A DNA stretch of 64,000 nt from Capsulimonadaceae bacterium (GTDB lineage: Bacteria > Armatimonadota > Armatimonadia > Armatimonadales > Capsulimonadaceae). Each line of letters starts with the position of its first letter. Within the stretch, counting starts at the first letter, position 1. The stretch lies in contig OZ244065.1 in the NCBI GenBank assembly GCA_965215505.1, positions 5,760,001-5,824,000 on the forward strand, in the 5' to 3' direction. A program made the translations under genes and the position numbers. A model generated the notes under the pieces. It was not told the origin of the DNA, did no database searches, and worked only from the letters and a program-made list of their open reading frames with translations. Positions 63,534-64,000 of the stretch are shown piece by piece.

Positions 63534-64000
63534 ATGGCAGACGAGAAGCTGCGCCTGACGGAGATGGCCTCCTCGGCGGGTTGAGCGGCGAAGCTTGGTC
63601 CGGGGGACCTGAACGCCGCAGTGAAAGATTTGTTCGTTGACGTGCCGCGTGACCCGAACGTCCTGGTGGGCTTCGGCACGCTGGACGACGCCGGCGTCTA
63701 CCGCCTGAGCGAGCATCAAGCCCTCGTGCAGACGGTGGACTTCATCACGCCGGTCGTGGACGATCCTTACGCCTACGGCGAGATCGCCGTGGCGAACGCG
63801 CTTTCGGACGTCTACGCCATGGGCGGCCTGCCGCTGACGGCCCTGAACGTCGCCTGCTTCCCGTCCGGCCTGGACCCTGAAATACTGAACGGCATCCTGC
63901 GCGGCGGCCTATCGAAGTGCCTGGAAGCGGGCGTTGCGCTGATGGGCGGGCACACGGTTGATGACCCGGAGATCAAGTTCGGCCTGTCCGTGACGGGGAT
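63534..64000 (+). CDS. selD: Selenide, water dikinase with in-frame Sec (UGA), truncated by window end
   Basis: [63 protein letters not shown] at 63582-63584; absent from the ORF track. Confidence 0.95.
63585..63612 (+). promoter_or_regulatory. Candidate bacterial SECIS hairpin
   Basis: GGTCC-ggg-GGACC stem-loop at 63597-63609, G-rich loop about 18 nt after the UGA. Confidence 0.6.

Noticed and set aside
60187-64000. selC (tRNA-Sec) near the sel genes
   Set aside because: No intergenic space or cloverleaf seen; may lie outside the window

Overview
GC-rich bacterial chromosome segment. The expanded prepilin-type/DUF1559 genes ('[10 protein letters not shown]') suggest an Armatimonadota (Capsulimonas-like) organism; this is inference. 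The housekeeping backbone has a PyrR-attenuated pyrR-pyrB-pyrC-carA-carB(N)-purE-purK run interleaved with unrelated genes, and a separate carB C-terminal half about 12 kb downstream. It also has mnmG, gltB-gltD, a probable PPi-type PEP carboxykinase, moaA, and selA-selB-selD, with selD carrying an in-frame UGA (Sec). Accessory content includes a GT4-glf-GH1 operon behind a SigB/SigF-like promoter and an aminotransferase-HK-RR-(REC/PAS/GAF/PP2C/HATPase) signalling operon. There are also two TA-like gene pairs, a Uma2 pseudogene and several glycoside hydrolases. Three unexplained signals stand out: (1) a conserved, apparently structured 5' leader before two tandem DUF1559 genes, whose 5' end can pair with the Shine-Dalgarno and GTG start; (2) a family of nested palindromic REP/REPIN-like elements, one inserted in frame inside a membrane glycosyltransferase; (3) the widely split carB. 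No CRISPR array, tRNA, rRNA or transposase was recognised. All calls come from reading the sequence and motifs; no searches were run.
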